64,000 bases of DNA from Armatimonadota bacterium (GTDB lineage Bacteria; Armatimonadota; UBA5829; DSUL01): positions 224,001 through 288,000 of the forward strand of contig JBDHZC010000004.1 in assembly GCA_039811685.1 (NCBI GenBank), in the 5' to 3' direction. The notes under the pieces are model-generated. The model ran no database searches and had not been told where the DNA came from. It saw only the letters and a list, made by a program, of their open reading frames with translations. Shown in pieces: positions 61,549 through 64,000 of the stretch. The stretch's first letter is position 1. Each line of letters begins with the position of its first letter. A program made the position numbers and the translations under genes.

Positions 61549-64000
61549 ATGAGCGCCGCGTCAGCCACAGTTCTCAGAAGTCATTTTGGCTTCGGCAAAT
61601 TCCGGCCGGGACAGGAAGAGGCTATCGAAAATCTCACGTCCGGCAAGCATACGCTCGTGGTTATGCCCACTGGGGCGGGGAAATCACTCGTCTACCAGCT
61701 CGCCGCCCTTCAGCTTGGTGGGCTTACCCTTGTCCTTTCTCCGCTTATCTCGCTGATGAGGGATCAAGTGGATGCTCTCACGCGAAGGCGGATCCCGGCG
61801 ACGTTCATCAACAGCTCACTTTCGCAGGCGGAGCAGTCTCGTCGCCTTGCTGATACGGTGGCAGGCCGCTACAGACTCGTGTATGTAGCTCCAGAGCGTT
61901 TGCTCAGTGTCGCGTTTCAGCAGGCTCTATCGAACCTTCATCTGAATTTGCTGGCGGTGGACGAAGCGCACTGTGTCTCAGAGTGGGGACACGATTTTCG
62001 CCCTGATTATCTGCGCATCGCTGAAGTGCGACGTAAGCTGGGGTCTCCAGTCACGGCTGCGTTGACTGCGACGGCGACTGTGCGCGTCCAGGATGAGATC
62101 ATACGTCTCTTAGAGCTGAGTAGTGCCGAGGGAGTTATCACGGGATTCAACCGTCCGAACTTGAGCTTCGAAGTGCGCTATGCTGGGGATAGCCGGTCCA
62201 AACTTCTCCTCTTGCGCAGGCTGTTGTCCGAAGAAAGCGGTATCCCGGCCATCGTTTATTGCGGAACGCGGCGGGATAGCGAGGAGGTCGCGGCCTTTGT
62301 GTCCGAGGCGCTGGGGATTGAGGCGCTAGCTTATCACGCAGGTCTCGAAGATGGGTCTCGCGATCGTGTGCAGGCGGCGTTTATGAACGGCGATGTGCCG
62401 GTCGTCGCCGCAACTTGCGCGTTTGGAATGGGCATCGACCGGCAGGATGTGCGGCTGGTTGTGCATTTTTCGCTCCCTGGAACCCTCGAAGCTTACTATC
62501 AGGAGGCCGGGCGCGCTGGACGCGACGGTGATCCTGCACGAGCTGTGCTTCTCTACGCTCCTCAGGACAGATCACTGCAGGAGTTTTTCATAGAGAGTGA
62601 TGCGTTTGATGAAGACGACCTTTCCCATGTCTATCAGGCGCTGACGACCTGCGTCAAGGACGAGACGTGGGTGGATCCGGATAATCTCTCGCGTGCGACC
62701 GGGTTTGGGGAGACCCGGCAGCGGTTGGCGCTTGCCGGACTGGAGAAGGCCGGAATGCTTCAAAGGCTTGGGGATGAGGGCAGAGCGATGCTTGTTTCGC
62801 TCGGTGGCTGGCATCCTGAGGAGGCAAAACGCGCTGTTGCGGCCGCTCGTCAGCGTCAGGATTTCCGCTTGCGGCAGCTTGATCTGATGGTAGGCTATGG
62901 CGAAACAGATAAGTGCCGCAGACGGATCATCCTCGATCATTTTGGCGATAGTAGTCTGGGTGTCGCCGACGATTGCTGTGACAACTGCCGGTCGCTCGCC
63001 GTAGCTCGCGTTGTAAAGGACACGCCTCGTGAGTTCAGTACGCTGCCGCAGAACGAGAAGACAGCGCTGGTGATTCTCGATGCCCTGCGCCGCCTGAATT
63101 GGAGCGTAGGGCGCACAAAGCTTGGAGATTTGCTCGTAGGCAGCAAGAGCAGGGCAATGCGGGAGTGCGGCTACGATCACAGCCCCTACTACGGGCGTCT
63201 CGCGCGCTTTAAGCGCGAGGACGTGATGGACATGCTGCAACAGCTTGTGGAAATGCGATACCTTCAGGCGTCCAGCGACAGATTTCGTCCCGTGCTGAAG
63301 CTCACAGATCTGGGTGAAGAGGCAATTCGGCTTCGAGCTTCAATCCCGCTGCGTCTGCCTCGTTCTGCGAGTGTGCCTCCAGCGCGCTACGGAAAAAAAG
63401 CGCAGCACAGCGTGAGTTCTGCTGCATTAACTTATCAGATGTTCTCAGAGAACATGGTCCCCGAGGCTATTGCGGCGGAACGCAACCTTTCGATTAGTAC
63501 GGTTTACGCACATCTTGCGTTGTTCATCGCACAAGGAGGGCTGCAGATCGAGAGCGTCGTATCACCGGACCGCGTCGCCGCGATTCGCGTTGCAATAGAG
63601 CAGATAGGTAACGCCGAGGCTCTTTCACCAGTGAAAGAGTTGTTACCTGATGAGGTAACGTACCATGAAATACGCTGCGTTGCAGAAGACTGGAAGAGAG
63701 AACACTCTGCAGGTGCGGATGCCAGTAACATTCGCAAAGCCATACTGGAGTGTGTCAGAGCGCATCCTGGTGAATTGCCGCGCAGTCGCATCGCGGATCT
63801 GTTGACGGGCTCCCACGTCGACCGGCTGGGCGAGTGGCGTCGTGGGCCGTTTTTCAAGAACCTGTCAGGTGACAAGTCTGGCACGGTCCTGCGGGCAATA
63901 GACGATTTGATCGAGGACGGGCAGATCAAGCTCGATGATCGGCGCAAGGTCTGGCCCGCTTGGGACACAGCTTATCAAGGCGCGCGCGAGGACGATCTAG
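61549..64000 (+). CDS. recQ: RecQ family ATP-dependent DNA helicase, truncated by the window edge
   Basis: Not in the ORF track. FRPGQ, MPTGAGKS, DEAHCVSEWGHDFRPDY, QEAGRAGRDG, CRR..CCDNC. Frame is open to 64000; alternative ATG at 61504. Confidence 0.93.
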   Translation, partial: MSAASATVLRSHFGFGKFRPGQEEAIENLTSGKHTLVVMPTGAGKSLVYQLAALQLGGLTLVLSPLISLMRDQVDALTRRRIPATFINSSLSQAEQSRRLADTVAGRYRLVYVAPERLLSVAFQQALSNLHLNLLAVDEAHCVSEWGHDFRPDYLRIAEVRRKLGSPVTAALTATATVRVQDEIIRLLELSSAEGVITGFNRPNLSFEVRYAGDSRSKLLLLRRLLSEESGIPAIVYCGTRRDSEEVAAFVSEALGIEALAYHAGLEDGSRDRVQAAFMNGDVPVVAATCAFGMGIDRQDVRLVVHFSLPGTLEAYYQEAGRAGRDGDPARAVLLYAPQDRSLQEFFIESDAFDEDDLSHVYQALTTCVKDETWVDPDNLSRATGFGETRQRLALAGLEKAGMLQRLGDEGRAMLVSLGGWHPEEAKRAVAAARQRQDFRLRQLDLMVGYGETDKCRRRIILDHFGDSSLGVADDCCDNCRSLAVARVVKDTPREFSTLPQNEKTALVILDALRRLNWSVGRTKLGDLLVGSKSRAMRECGYDHSPYYGRLARFKREDVMDMLQQLVEMRYLQASSDRFRPVLKLTDLGEEAIRLRASIPLRLPRSASVPPARYGKKAQHSVSSAALTYQMFSENMVPEAIAAERNLSISTVYAHLALFIAQGGLQIESVVSPDRVAAIRVAIEQIGNAEALSPVKELLPDEVTYHEIRCVAEDWKREHSAGADASNIRKAILECVRAHPGELPRSRIADLLTGSHVDRLGEWRRGPFFKNLSGDKSGTVLRAIDDLIEDGQIKLDDRRKVWPAWDTAYQGAREDDL

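Noticed and set aside
62381..64000. Minus-strand ORFs at 62.4-64 kb, and TAG at 63998-64000 as the recQ stop
   Set aside because: The ORFs are shadows of recQ. The terminal TAG is out of frame (codons read GAT CTA G).

Overview
Bacterial chromosomal window, probably Armatimonadota or a similar diderm lineage. This is an inference from a PEP-CTERM protein, a GHL10 multidomain protein with a distinctive C-terminal module, and Gram-positive-like clpC-radA and SigH-type genes. Bases 1-8919 form a minus-strand candidate defence operon: Type III-like Res, a four-helix-bundle gene bounded by 29-bp direct repeats, Mod, an atypical Hsp70-TPR fusion, and an SF1-helicase-like gene cut by the left edge and missing from the ORF track. 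The rest is mostly housekeeping or uncharacterised: uvrA, ECF sigma/anti-sigma, rnpB, TMEM175, sugar ABC parts, hemW, mrp, ftsY, a sigma54-type promoter before a PEP-CTERM gene, an 8-gene MoxR-vWA-ABC operon, ilvE, clpC, radA, nadC, birA, gpmA, and a recQ-family gene running off the right edge (also missing from the ORF track). Several intergenic regions hold candidate structured RNAs. I saw no CRISPR array, tRNA, rRNA or transposase. All calls come from motif reading by eye; no database searches were run.
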